Shown: positions 29,073 to 38,924 of the stretch, piece after piece
Layout of the letters: each line of letters starts with the position of its first letter
Numbering within the stretch: the first letter of the stretch is position 1
Source of the DNA: Planctomycetota bacterium
Lineage (GTDB): Bacteria; Planctomycetota; UBA8108; SXIK01
Reading direction: 5' to 3'
Length of the DNA stretch: 64,000 bases
Assembly (NCBI GenBank): GCA_965223845.1
Contig: CBDCXR010000004.1
Coordinates: 4,832,001-4,896,000 of the forward strand
Notes under the pieces: generated by a model
The model's input: only the letters and a program-made list of their open reading frames with translations
Databases searched by the model: none
What the model was told of the DNA's origin: nothing
Translations under genes and position numbers: made by a program

Positions 29073-32000
29073 GGCGTCCTCCGCGGACGAAGCGCGATCC
29101 ACGAGCGATTGAGATAGCTGCAGACGCATCCCGCCGACGCGTCGGGAACGAGCACCATTCCGTGCGCGGGGATCGCGTTGATCCAGCAGCCAGGACGCAT
29201 CCCGCCGAAGTCCTTGTTCTCGGTGTTGTACTTGAGATCGAAGTATCCGAGAGTCGCCGAACGGTAGACGAGAAGATGCCGCCCCGCGGCGAGTTGGCCG
29301 CACCCGTAGGAACGCGAAAAACGAAACACCTTCGGTTCTCCCGTGAGGAGATCCCACGCGCCTCCCTGCGAGTACAGGGTCTGCTCGACGATGAGCGGAC
29401 GCGACTCGTACGCTGCGTCGTCCTTCTCCCAGAGAAGATCGCCCGTCGACGCACGGTAGACGCGAACTTTCTTGTCGAGCTCCGACGCGAGCTTGAATCG
29501 CGTATTCTGGTAGCTCATGACGAGCGCATCGTGCTCCGTGCTGAGGGCGAGAACGGTTCCGAACGCCCCGGACTTTCGCCACAACTCGGCACCGGTCACG
29601 ACATCGAGCGCGACGAGATCGCCGGGAGGCTGCGAGCCCGTCGATTTGCGCCGGCGATCGAACATCGCGAGCGCGCGATCGATCAAATGCACTCGACCCG
29701 CGCCGATCGCGATCGCATTGTGACGAATCGACTCGCGCGCGTCGTACTTCCACCGGAGGGAGCCGCTCCGGCGATCGAGCGCGAAGAGACGGCGCGACTC
29801 GGTGAGCTGCCCGCGGAGATCGCCGCCCTTGAGATACCGGTACGTGACGACGTGCTCGGGATTCGCCTCGGAGCCGAAGAGGGTGTCGCCCGAGGCGGCG
29901 ACGTACCCCCACGTTCGGCCAGCGGACGGTTCGCCGCTCGCGCGCAGAGCGAATCGACTCTGAAGCTGCCCGGTCGCGGCGTCGATGCGGAGGCAGTGGT
30001 CTCCTTCGCGAACGTACACGCTATCACCGCCGATGCAGAAGTTGCTTCCACTTCCCGCGGCGCCCATCAAGTGATCGCCGTCGTAAGCGCGAAGGATGCC
30101 CGGGAGGGGATAACGCCAGAGGACCGTGCCGTTGTAGGCATCGACGGCGACGAGGCTGTCGAGTCCCTCCGAGAAGATCCGTCCACCCGAAACGAGAGGC
30201 GCCGGGGCTCGGCCGTGGCGCTGCGGCACGGCTTGATCGACGTCGCGATACCACCCGAGCGCGAGATCGCCCTCGAGGAGGGTGTCGTCGGAGCACACGG
30301 TGTTCGCGGGGTCCGCGTATTGATGCGTCCACTCCCCGTCGCCCTCGAGCGCCCCACGACGATGGACCTTCACGGCGCCGACGCTTCCTGAGACCACCGC
30401 ACCACCGTAGGGCCGAACGAGCCGAAGCAACTCGCCGCCCGGCGGCTCGGATACGCTCGAGCGATCCGCGACCGTCGTCTCGAGGCCGCGCCTCGACACC
30501 ACGAGATTCGCGAACATCGAAGGATAGCGAGTCGCGTCGAGAGGAAGCTCGTGCACGGTGACGCGAGTTCCGTAGAGACCCGCTCGCGCGAGCTTGTCCC
30601 GCGCGGTCGCCGCTAGCTCGGGATCGGGCTCGACCGCGTAAATGCGAAGATCGCTTCGCTTCGCGAACTCGTAGGCGAGCGCGCCGTCGCCGGAGCCGAG
30701 GTCGACGCAATAGCCGCGCTTCACTTGAGTCGCGGCGAGGATCTCGGACGCCGCTCGCGCCGCGATGTCGTTTTCTCCGTACGGTGCTTCATCGCGCTCC
30801 GGCGAGACGATCGTCGCGCCCTCGGCGGGGGCTGAGTCGGCCGCACCGAGGCAAACGATCTCACCGCGATCCGTGCTCGCGAAGATTCTCCCCGCCGAGA
30901 CCGCGAGTCCGGCAACGGCGCCGTCGATATCGTGCCGCCACCGCTCCGCCCCGGTCGCGAGATCGATGCCGACGACGAGCCCGGCGCCGCCCACGATCGC
31001 GGTATCGGCTGCGACGACGAATTCGTGCGCCGTCAACTCGAGTGGCTCGGCCGCTTCGGAAGGATCCACAACGCGAGTCGGCGAGAGCGCCGGCACTTCG
31101 CGCTGATTGCCCTTCCGATCGACGAGCTCTCGCATCGTCCACCGGTAGGTCGTCAATCGACCGCGATCGAAGCGCGCGATGCCGTCCGGCAGAGCGACGA
31201 CGTGCCCACCCGCTGGCTCTTTCTCGGCGAGCCCGGCGTCGATCGTGTACGGCCGGCCGCCGTTGAAGAACCACGGTCCCGCGATCGTGATCCCGGCGCC
31301 GCCGCGATTGCCGTACTTTTGCAGGTGAAAGTAGCGAAGATCGCCGTTTGTGCGCGCGAGCGCAGCCGGAACCGCTCGACCCGTCGGAATGAAGAGCGCG
31401 TCGTCCGTCGCGGCGAGATGGCCCTGCGCCGCGACGCCGCTCCGCGCGTTCGCGCCGCCGTGCGGCTGTGCCATGAACAGAGTCCCAAGGGAATCGTTCG
31501 CCCAGTTCACCGCGCCGCTCGCGGCGTCGAGGCACGCGACGGTGACGCCCTCGGTGGGCCAAATGCCGGCAGCGATGTAGAGCTCGTCGCCGACGAGAAC
31601 CGCCCCGCCGCGAACCGGCGCGCGAGAGACGAGGCGCTCGTTCCCGAGGACGAAGTCGCGACTCGCGCCGAGTCGCCTCTTCCACGCGAGGGTGCCGTCC
31701 GAGGCGTGGAACGAGTACACGAAGCCGTCGTCGCTTCCGACGATCACGCGATCCTTCCAAGCGACCGGGGCGAGGCGGATCGGGCCATCGGTGAGCTCCG
31801 ACCAAATCTCCTCTCCGGTCGCCGCGTCGAGTGCGCGGATCGCGCCGTCGGCCGAGCTCCCGAAGAACACGCGGCCGCCGGCGACGACCGGACGGTACAC
31901 GCGATCGAACGTGAGACGCTGCGATCGCGGCCAGGCGCGCACCGGCGCCTGCACCGCTCGGTAGCGCCACTGCGCTTCGACGCTCGCGGGTACGGGATCA

Positions 32001-32125
32001 GGGGTGAACCCCGAACGCGCCGCATCGCGCCGGTACTGCGGCCAGTCGGCACGAGCGCCGGTCGACGGATCCGTCTGAACGGCGAAGGCGATCGCGAGAG
32101 AGAGAACGAGCGAGTTGCGAGGCAT
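29069..32125 (-). CDS. Secreted PQQ-like propeller / SAM-methyltransferase-fold / PQQ-like propeller protein
   Basis: Signal peptide; DWPQYRRDAARSG; ALDAATGEEIW repeats; CVDLGSGDG (SAM motif); WTHQYADPANT; GC..RPGCW..CVCSY. Confidence 0.88.
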   Translation of the reverse strand: MPRNSLVLSLAIAFAVQTDPSTGARADWPQYRRDAARSGFTPDPVPASVEAQWRYRAVQAPVRAWPRSQRLTFDRVYRPVVAGGRVFFGSSADGAIRALDAATGEEIWSELTDGPIRLAPVAWKDRVIVGSDDGFVYSFHASDGTLAWKRRLGASRDFVLGNERLVSRAPVRGGAVLVGDELYIAAGIWPTEGVTVACLDAASGAVNWANDSLGTLFMAQPHGGANARSGVAAQGHLAATDDALFIPTGRAVPAALARTNGDLRYFHLQKYGNRGGAGITIAGPWFFNGGRPYTIDAGLAEKEPAGGHVVALPDGIARFDRGRLTTYRWTMRELVDRKGNQREVPALSPTRVVDPSEAAEPLELTAHEFVVAADTAIVGGAGLVVGIDLATGAERWRHDIDGAVAGLAVSAGRIFASTDRGEIVCLGAADSAPAEGATIVSPERDEAPYGENDIAARAASEILAATQVKRGYCVDLGSGDGALAYEFAKRSDLRIYAVEPDPELAATARDKLARAGLYGTRVTVHELPLDATRYPSMFANLVVSRRGLETTVADRSSVSEPPGGELLRLVRPYGGAVVSGSVGAVKVHRRGALEGDGEWTHQYADPANTVCSDDTLLEGDLALGWYRDVDQAVPQRHGRAPAPLVSGGRIFSEGLDSLVAVDAYNGTVLWRYPLPGILRAYDGDHLMGAAGSGSNFCIGGDSVYVREGDHCLRIDAATGQLQSRFALRASGEPSAGRTWGYVAASGDTLFGSEANPEHVVTYRYLKGGDLRGQLTESRRLFALDRRSGSLRWKYDARESIRHNAIAIGAGRVHLIDRALAMFDRRRKSTGSQPPGDLVALDVVTGAELWRKSGAFGTVLALSTEHDALVMSYQNTRFKLASELDKKVRVYRASTGDLLWEKDDAAYESRPLIVEQTLYSQGGAWDLLTGEPKVFRFSRSYGCGQLAAGRHLLVYRSATLGYFDLKYNTENKDFGGMRPGCWINAIPAHGMVLVPDASAGCVCSYLNRSWIALRPRRTP

Positions 32126-32256
32126 CGAATCTCCGTGGGGCTCGGGTGGGCGGCTTTCGCATCTACCTTACCAAATCCGTTCGGCCGCACCGCTCGCGAA
32201 TCATTCGTGGTTACAATCAGAACCGCCGCCGCCACTCCCCGCGTCAAGGATCACCC

Positions 32257-33132
32257 TTGGAAATCTCGCCTCGACCCGGGCGTCTCGCCTGGATCACCGA
32301 TCCCCACTTCAACTTTGTAGACGATACGCGGTTCGAGTCTTTCCTCCGTGAGATCAGCGCGACCGGCGCCGAGCGCGTGCTCCTCGGCGGCGACATCGCC
32401 GAAGCACCGACCCTCGGCGGCTTCCTCGAAGCCCTCGTATCGCGACTCGATCGGCCGATCGATTTCGTCCTCGGCAACCACGATTTCTACCGGAGCAGCA
32501 TCGCCGGGGTTCGACGGGCGGCGCGAGAGGTGTCGCGGCGCTCTCGGCATCTCGCGTGGCTGGGCAACTCGGGCGTCGTCCCGCTCACGGAATCGACCGC
32601 ACTCGTCGGACACGACGGCTGGGGCGACGCCAGAAACGGCAACGCCGAGGAGTCGCCGATCACGCCGTTGATGACGGATCACTGGCTCATCGAGGATCTC
32701 GCGGGGCTTCCCCGCGCCGATCTCCTCGAAACCCTGCGGCGACTCGGAAGCGAAGCGGCAACCATCCTCGAAGGCTCCGTTCGCACGGCGCTCGAGAGCC
32801 ATCCGAACGTGCTCGTCCTCACGCACGTTCCGCCGTTCGCGCAGGCGGCGTGGCACGAGGGAAAGCAATCGACAGCGGATTGGCTCCCCCACTTTTCGTG
32901 CCGGGCCGTCGGCGACGCATTGCGTGGAGTGATGTCCGAACGCACCGACCGTAGGATGATCGTCCTCTGCGGTCATACCCACTCGCGCGGCGAGGCGTGG
33001 ATCCTTCCGAATCTGCGCGTGCTCACCGGCGCCGCCGTCTACGGACAGCCCGCGATCGAACGGACCTTCGATGCGGACGCGCTTTTCGCCGAAGGAGATC
33101 CACGCGAACGAGTCGAAGAGAGGAGCGCGTGA
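32257..33132 (+). CDS. Calcineurin-like metallophosphoesterase
   Basis: DPH, GGDI, GNHD, HVPP, GHTH; TTG start at 32257 chosen from AAGGA RBS (start uncertain). Confidence 0.85.
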   Translation: MEISPRPGRLAWITDPHFNFVDDTRFESFLREISATGAERVLLGGDIAEAPTLGGFLEALVSRLDRPIDFVLGNHDFYRSSIAGVRRAAREVSRRSRHLAWLGNSGVVPLTESTALVGHDGWGDARNGNAEESPITPLMTDHWLIEDLAGLPRADLLETLRRLGSEAATILEGSVRTALESHPNVLVLTHVPPFAQAAWHEGKQSTADWLPHFSCRAVGDALRGVMSERTDRRMIVLCGHTHSRGEAWILPNLRVLTGAAVYGQPAIERTFDADALFAEGDPRERVEERSA

Positions 33133-34118
33133 CGGAGACGTTCATCAGCTGCGATTGGGGAACGTCGAATCTGCGTCTTCGCTGGTGTGAGCGCGCGAGT
33201 CTCGACGTGCGGGCCGAGCTCTCGTCGAGCGACGGCGCGGCCCGCATCGGTGGCGATCGAGACGCCGCGTTGCGAGCGCGCGAGTTTCCCGCGGTCCTCG
33301 AGCGTCGCGTCACCGAGCTCGAAGACGCCGCGGGCGCGTCGCTTTCGGGTGTTCCCGTCGTGGCGTCGGGAATGGTCACGTCGTCCATCGGCTGGCGCGA
33401 GCTCCCTTACGCGTCGCTTCCGGTTTCACTCGGGGAGGATCGATCACCGGCGTCGTCGATCGAGACGTCGACCGTCGCTACGGACAATCGCCCCGTCGTT
33501 CTCGTCTCGGGTGTCTGTGGGCCGCTCGACGTGATCCGGGGCGAGGAAACACAGATCGCCGGGCTCCTCGGCGCTCCCGCGCGCACCACGCTGCGCTCGG
33601 GATGCCTCGTCATCCTTCCCGGTACGCATTCGAAGCACGTTCGGGTGGCGAGAAACTCGATCGTCGAGTTCACGACCTACATGACGGGCGAGCTCTTCGA
33701 GATCGTCGCGCAGAAGAGCATTCTCCGCGGCTCGGTCGACACACACGCGTTGCGTTCCCGCGGGCTCGACTCGGACGATCTCCGCGATGCGTTTCGAATC
33801 GGCGCTCGATTCGTGCGCGATCGTTCGCTCTCGAGCGCGCTCTTCTCGACGCGCGCCCGCGACCTGCTCGAGTCTCGACCGAGATCGTGGTGTGCCGCGT
33901 ACCTGAGCGGGATCGCGATCGGGGACGAGCTTCGGGATTTGCGCGACCGGGGCGAAGCCACGCCGATTCTCATCGCGGCGGACGCCGGGGTCGCCGCGGC
34001 GTACCGGACCGCCGCGGAGACCATCGCGCTCCGGTGCGTCGAGTTCACGGGCGCGGGCGAGCTCGACACCGCGATCGTTCGCGCTCACGCGCAGTATCTG
34101 CGTTCGATCGACGTCTGA
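33129..34118 (+). CDS. dgoK: 2-dehydro-3-deoxygalactonokinase
   Basis: GTGA overlap; DWGTSNLR, GWRELPY, DVIRGEETQ, PGTHSKH, TYMTGELF. Confidence 0.88.
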   Translation: MTETFISCDWGTSNLRLRWCERASLDVRAELSSSDGAARIGGDRDAALRAREFPAVLERRVTELEDAAGASLSGVPVVASGMVTSSIGWRELPYASLPVSLGEDRSPASSIETSTVATDNRPVVLVSGVCGPLDVIRGEETQIAGLLGAPARTTLRSGCLVILPGTHSKHVRVARNSIVEFTTYMTGELFEIVAQKSILRGSVDTHALRSRGLDSDDLRDAFRIGARFVRDRSLSSALFSTRARDLLESRPRSWCAAYLSGIAIGDELRDLRDRGEATPILIAADAGVAAAYRTAAETIALRCVEFTGAGELDTAIVRAHAQYLRSIDV

Positions 34119-34382
34119 AACTCGAGCCGTGAGGCGAACGCGGCGCCTCGAATCCAACTGGAATCGCTTCGCGCTTTTGGCGATCATGTCGCGCCGGTCC
34201 CGGATTCCTCGCCCGATCCGGTGAGCGAAGCGGCGAGCCGACGTCGGACGAAACACTGACGCCAGATCAGCGGCGCGCTGACTCGATGGAGTTCGCAACG
34301 CAGTGAGGATCGAGGTGGCGGCATCCGGTGCTCAGTTTTCGTCCTAGCGCCGCGTAGTAGAATCGGGTGGAAACTCCGGGCC

Positions 34383-36143
34383 ATGACCGAGCACGTCACC
34401 GAACATAAGCATGGCGGGCTGAAGGAGCTTCCCGCGACGGCGATCTGCGGGAACGATATCACCTCCTCGTGCCTCTACGTCTCCGCGCTCGCCATCGTCT
34501 ACGGCGGGAAGTGGGCGCCTCTCGCCCTTCTCTGCGTGGGCGGCGTCCTCTATCTCTTTCGCTCGATCTACGCCGAAGTCGTCGGCGCGCTCCCACTCAA
34601 CGGCGGCGCGTACAACGCGCTTCTCAACACGACGAGCAAGTTTCGCGCGTCGATCGCCGCGTGTCTCACGATACTCTCGTACATGGCGACGGCCGTCATT
34701 TCGGCGAGCGAAGCCATGCACTACGTAGAGACACTCGTGCACGGACTGAACGTCGCGTGGGCGACCGCCGGTCTGCTCGCGGTGTTCGCCGTGCTCACGA
34801 TCGTCGGGATCACGGAATCGGCGATCGTCGCGATCGTGATCTTCATCACGCACATCGCGACTCTCGTCCTCCTCATCTTCTGCGGCGTCATCTTTCTCTT
34901 CGGCAACGGGCTCAGCATCGCGGCCGAGAACTTCGCGGCTGCGCCGCCCGGGGGATTCGGTACTGCGCTCTTGTTCGGCTTCTCCGCCGCGATGCTCGGG
35001 ATTTCCGGCTTCGAGAGCTCGTCCAACTTCGTCGAAGAGCAGGCCGAAGGCGTCTTCCCAAAGACGCTCCGCAACATGTGGGTCGCCGTCACCTTCTTCA
35101 ACCCCGTGATGGCACTTCTCGCGCTCTCACTCATCTCGATCGACGATGTCCACGCGAACGAGCACGCGCTCCTCGCGCACCTCGGCGAAGTCTCCGCGGG
35201 GAAGTGGCTCTCGTACGTGATCTCCGTTGACGCGGCGCTCGTCCTCAGCGGAGCCGTGCTCACGAGCTTCGTCGGCGTCAATGGCCTCGTCGGACGCATG
35301 ACGCTCGATCGCTGCCTCCCTCAGCTCCTCCTCAAGAGGAACCGCCGCGGCACCACGCACCGCATCGTCATCGCGTTTTTCATTCTCTGCGTTTCGGTTC
35401 TCTTCGTCACGAGCGGCGACGATCAGATCAAAAAGCTCGCCGTCGTCTACACGCTATCCTTTCTCTCCGTGATGGCACTCTTCGGCTTCGGGAACATCCT
35501 TCTCAAGGTGAAGCGCGCGCGCCTTCCGCGTCCGGCTCGAGCGCCGTGGGCGTTCGTTCTCGTCGCGATCGCCGCCGTGATGGTCGCGATCTACGGCAAC
35601 GCGCGCATGAAAGAAGAATATCTCCGCGTCTTTCTCTTCTATCTCATTCCCGCTCTCCTCGTCGTCTCGATCATGCTTAGCCGCATCTCGATTCTGAAGG
35701 GAGTGCTCTTCATCGCACGCGGCATCCTGAAGCGCGCGGGGAAACGGGAGAGCGGGCTCGAAGCCGCGATCCAGGCGAAGATCGACGACATCAACAGCCA
35801 GCAGCTCGTCTTCTTCACCCGCGGCGACAACGTCGCGAACCTGAATCAGGCGATGCTCTACGTCTCGAACAACGAGCACACGAATCGAATCAAGATCGTG
35901 AGCGTCGTGAAGGACGAGGGCGAAGTTCCCGAACGGCTACGGCGGGACCTTCGATTCCTCGACGAGGCGTATCCGGAGATCGACATCGAGTTCGTCGTCG
36001 AGAAGGGGACGTTCGGGCCGGAACTCATCCAGGAGCTGTCGCGGCGATGGCAGATTCCGACGAACCTCATGTTCATCGGATCGCCCGGGACTCACTTCAT
36101 GTACGGGCTCGCCGAGCTCGGAGGCGTGCGTCTCATCATCTGA
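34383..36143 (+). CDS. APC-family (amino acid) permease with C-terminal cytoplasmic domain
   Basis: GNDITSSCLY, PLNGGAYN, GFESSSNF; many TM helices. Confidence 0.88.
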   Translation: MTEHVTEHKHGGLKELPATAICGNDITSSCLYVSALAIVYGGKWAPLALLCVGGVLYLFRSIYAEVVGALPLNGGAYNALLNTTSKFRASIAACLTILSYMATAVISASEAMHYVETLVHGLNVAWATAGLLAVFAVLTIVGITESAIVAIVIFITHIATLVLLIFCGVIFLFGNGLSIAAENFAAAPPGGFGTALLFGFSAAMLGISGFESSSNFVEEQAEGVFPKTLRNMWVAVTFFNPVMALLALSLISIDDVHANEHALLAHLGEVSAGKWLSYVISVDAALVLSGAVLTSFVGVNGLVGRMTLDRCLPQLLLKRNRRGTTHRIVIAFFILCVSVLFVTSGDDQIKKLAVVYTLSFLSVMALFGFGNILLKVKRARLPRPARAPWAFVLVAIAAVMVAIYGNARMKEEYLRVFLFYLIPALLVVSIMLSRISILKGVLFIARGILKRAGKRESGLEAAIQAKIDDINSQQLVFFTRGDNVANLNQAMLYVSNNEHTNRIKIVSVVKDEGEVPERLRRDLRFLDEAYPEIDIEFVVEKGTFGPELIQELSRRWQIPTNLMFIGSPGTHFMYGLAELGGVRLII

Positions 36144-36290
36144 CGCTCGAAGGGCGTACCTCCAGGCCCTCCCGGCGTTCGATTCCGCTGGGCGAGTGTC
36201 GAGCGACTCGGCACAATGATGGGACGGTCGTCGGCTCGCCGTGTGATCTTTGCGAGGCGGCGAGGAAGATCTCCCGGCGCGTCGGATCCC

Positions 36291-38906
36291 ATGAAGCTAC
36301 ATACGATCGTCCTTGTTGCCACGGCGTTGGTCGGCTCGACCGCACTCGGAAGCGACCCCGATCGGGCCGCCGTCACGGTCGAGGTCGTCGAAGGCGTTCC
36401 GAACTCTCGCAAGTGGAGCGAGCTGTCGACGGGAAGGACGACCGACACGTTCGCCGTTCCGGCCTTCGCTCTTTCGGAAGTTCCCCGAAAGTACGCCCAG
36501 GGAGGAGGCGAGGCGTCCGACGGTCAGATCGTTTCGCGCTCGAGCCCGTTTCTCGTTCGCCTGCGCGCCGATGTCGCCTTTCGCGGCGGAACCTACTCCT
36601 TTCTTCTCCGGTCGTTCGGAGGAGCTCGCCTCGTCGTCGACGGTGAGACCGTTCTTTCGACTCGGTTCAAAGCCCGAAACGCCGATGGGCACGAGGAGGT
36701 TCCACCGCAGGCGACGAAGCTCTTTCCGCAGATGCGACTTGCGCGAACGGGACACGCCGAAGCCGTCACGGATTTCGAGCTCGCGGCCGGCAGCCACGAG
36801 GTCCTGCTCGAAGCCGTCGTCGGTGGGAAGGGCCTCCGGCCGGAGATCGGGGAGCTCGGCGTGGCGTTCGCCGCGCGCGAACCGGACGGAAGCGTTCGCG
36901 TCTACCACCTCCTCCAGCCCCGAACGATCGCCGCCGAAGCGACTGACGCGAGCGATCCGTTCGGAGCGCCGCTCACGGACGACGGGTGGCGCGAGTACGC
37001 ATTCGCGCACCGCGAGCGAGTTCTGGCGCTCAACCGCAAACGCCGGCGCGATGCCTCACGTTCGAGTGACGCCTACTGGCGACAGCGTCACGCCGAAGCG
37101 GCGTTCGTCGCCGTGCGCATGCCCGTTCGGCGCGAAGCGAGTATCGACACGTTCATCGAAGAGCGTCTACGGGAGGCGGGCGCCGAGCCGAGAACGGTCG
37201 TCAGCGATCACACCTTCCTCCGGCGCGTCAGCCTCGACACGCGCGGAGTCGTGCCGACACCGGCCGAGATCGAATGGTTCTTCGCCGAGCCCGAAGAATC
37301 GCGGCGAGCGGCGTGGATCGATCGCATGCTCGAGGATCCCGGCTGGGCGGACCACTGGGTCGCGTACTGGCAAGACGTCCTCGCTGAGAACCCCGGCATC
37401 CTGAAGCCGAAGCTCAACAACACGGGTCCCTTCCGCTGGTGGATCCACGAATCGTTTCTCGACGCAAAGCCGATCGATCGCTTCGTAACCGAGCTCGTCC
37501 ACATGAAGGGGAGCAAATACGAAGGCGGCGCCGCGGGATTCGAGCTCGCGACGGAGAACGATGTCCCGATGGCGGCGAAAGCCCACATCCTCGGGACGGC
37601 GTTCCTCGGCATCGACATGAAGTGCGCGCGTTGCCACGACGCACCGTATCACCCGTACGGGCAGCGCGATCTTTTCAGCATCGCGGCGATGCTCGAAGGG
37701 AAGCCGATCAAAGTCCCGCTGACGAGCAGCGTGCCGAGGACGAAGGAAGAGATCGACGATCTCATCGTCGAGGTGACGCTGGCACCGGGGACGTCCGTCG
37801 AACCGGCCTGGCCGTTCGAAGAGATCGCGCCCGAGTACGCGGGTGGCGAGACGAGCACGAATCTCGCGAGCTCGCGCGACCAGCTCGCAGCGCGCATCAC
37901 CTCGCCGCGGAATCGCCGCTTTGCGCGGGTCGTCGTCAATCGGCTGTGGAAGCGGTATCTCGGCTACGCTCTCGTCGAGCCGGTGAGCGATTGGGACGGC
38001 GCGAAGGCGTCGCATCCCGAGCTCCTCGACTTCCTCGAGCGCGAGCTGCTGCTCGGCGGCTACGACCTAAAGCACGTCGCACGTCTGATCTTGAGCTCGC
38101 GTGCTTACCAGCGCGAGTGTGACGGCGACGCGACGAAGGTCCCGGAGCCCGAAAAACGACTCTTCCGTGGACCGGCGAGGCGGCGGCTGAGCGCCGAGCA
38201 ACTCGTCGATTCGCTCTTCCGCGTCGCCGGGAAAGCGCTCGGCTCGGAGCCTCTCTGCCTCGACGTCGACGGGCGGCGGCCGATCACGACCTTCCTCAAC
38301 CTCGGTGTCCCGCGGCGCGCGTGGGAGTTTACGTCGCTCTCGAACGAGCGCGATCGACCGTCGCTGGCGATGCCGGTTGCGCAGAGCGTCATCGACGTCC
38401 TCCGTACGTTCGGCTGGCGCGAAACGAGGCAGGATCCGATCACCGTCCGCGACGAAGAGCCGACCGTGCTCCAGCCGCTAGTCGTCGCGAATGGTGTCGT
38501 CGGGAATCGCGCGACGACGCTCTCCGATGATCACGCACTCACGCAGGTCGCGATCGACGCGCGCGACGCCCGAGCGCTCGTTCGCAGCGTCTACCTTCGC
38601 GTCCTCAGTCGGTTGCCGACTCCGCCGGAAGAAGCACTGTTCTCCGATCTACTCCGTGAGGGCTTCGACGAGCGAGTTGTCGACTCCTCGGTTGTCGACA
38701 GTGGTGAGAAAGAGGCGAGCGACCAGCGAGCGGTTTCGTGGTCGAACCATCTCTCAGCCGAAGCCAATCGTCTGAAGATCGAGCTCGAGCGCCGCGTGCG
38801 CGCGGGCGATCGACCGACGTCGCGCCTTCGACCCGAATGGCGCGAACGCCTCGAAGACGTCGTCTGGACGCTCGTCAATTCGAGCGAGTTTCTCTTCGTC
38901 CCTTGA
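36291..38906 (+). CDS. DUF1549/DUF1553 protein with PA14-like N-terminal region
   Basis: Signal peptide; FLRRVSLD, CARCHD, NRLWKRYLG, SHPELLD; ARLVVDGETVL (PA14-like). Confidence 0.88.
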   Translation: MKLHTIVLVATALVGSTALGSDPDRAAVTVEVVEGVPNSRKWSELSTGRTTDTFAVPAFALSEVPRKYAQGGGEASDGQIVSRSSPFLVRLRADVAFRGGTYSFLLRSFGGARLVVDGETVLSTRFKARNADGHEEVPPQATKLFPQMRLARTGHAEAVTDFELAAGSHEVLLEAVVGGKGLRPEIGELGVAFAAREPDGSVRVYHLLQPRTIAAEATDASDPFGAPLTDDGWREYAFAHRERVLALNRKRRRDASRSSDAYWRQRHAEAAFVAVRMPVRREASIDTFIEERLREAGAEPRTVVSDHTFLRRVSLDTRGVVPTPAEIEWFFAEPEESRRAAWIDRMLEDPGWADHWVAYWQDVLAENPGILKPKLNNTGPFRWWIHESFLDAKPIDRFVTELVHMKGSKYEGGAAGFELATENDVPMAAKAHILGTAFLGIDMKCARCHDAPYHPYGQRDLFSIAAMLEGKPIKVPLTSSVPRTKEEIDDLIVEVTLAPGTSVEPAWPFEEIAPEYAGGETSTNLASSRDQLAARITSPRNRRFARVVVNRLWKRYLGYALVEPVSDWDGAKASHPELLDFLERELLLGGYDLKHVARLILSSRAYQRECDGDATKVPEPEKRLFRGPARRRLSAEQLVDSLFRVAGKALGSEPLCLDVDGRRPITTFLNLGVPRRAWEFTSLSNERDRPSLAMPVAQSVIDVLRTFGWRETRQDPITVRDEEPTVLQPLVVANGVVGNRATTLSDDHALTQVAIDARDARALVRSVYLRVLSRLPTPPEEALFSDLLREGFDERVVDSSVVDSGEKEASDQRAVSWSNHLSAEANRLKIELERRVRAGDRPTSRLRPEWRERLEDVVWTLVNSSEFLFVP

Positions 38907-38924
38907 TCCGACACGACACGTGCG

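Noticed and set aside
29073-29912. N-terminal 280 aa of the 403-aa ORF 28701-29912
   Set aside because: Overlaps the propeller gene in another frame; only the part from GTG 29072 looks protein-like.
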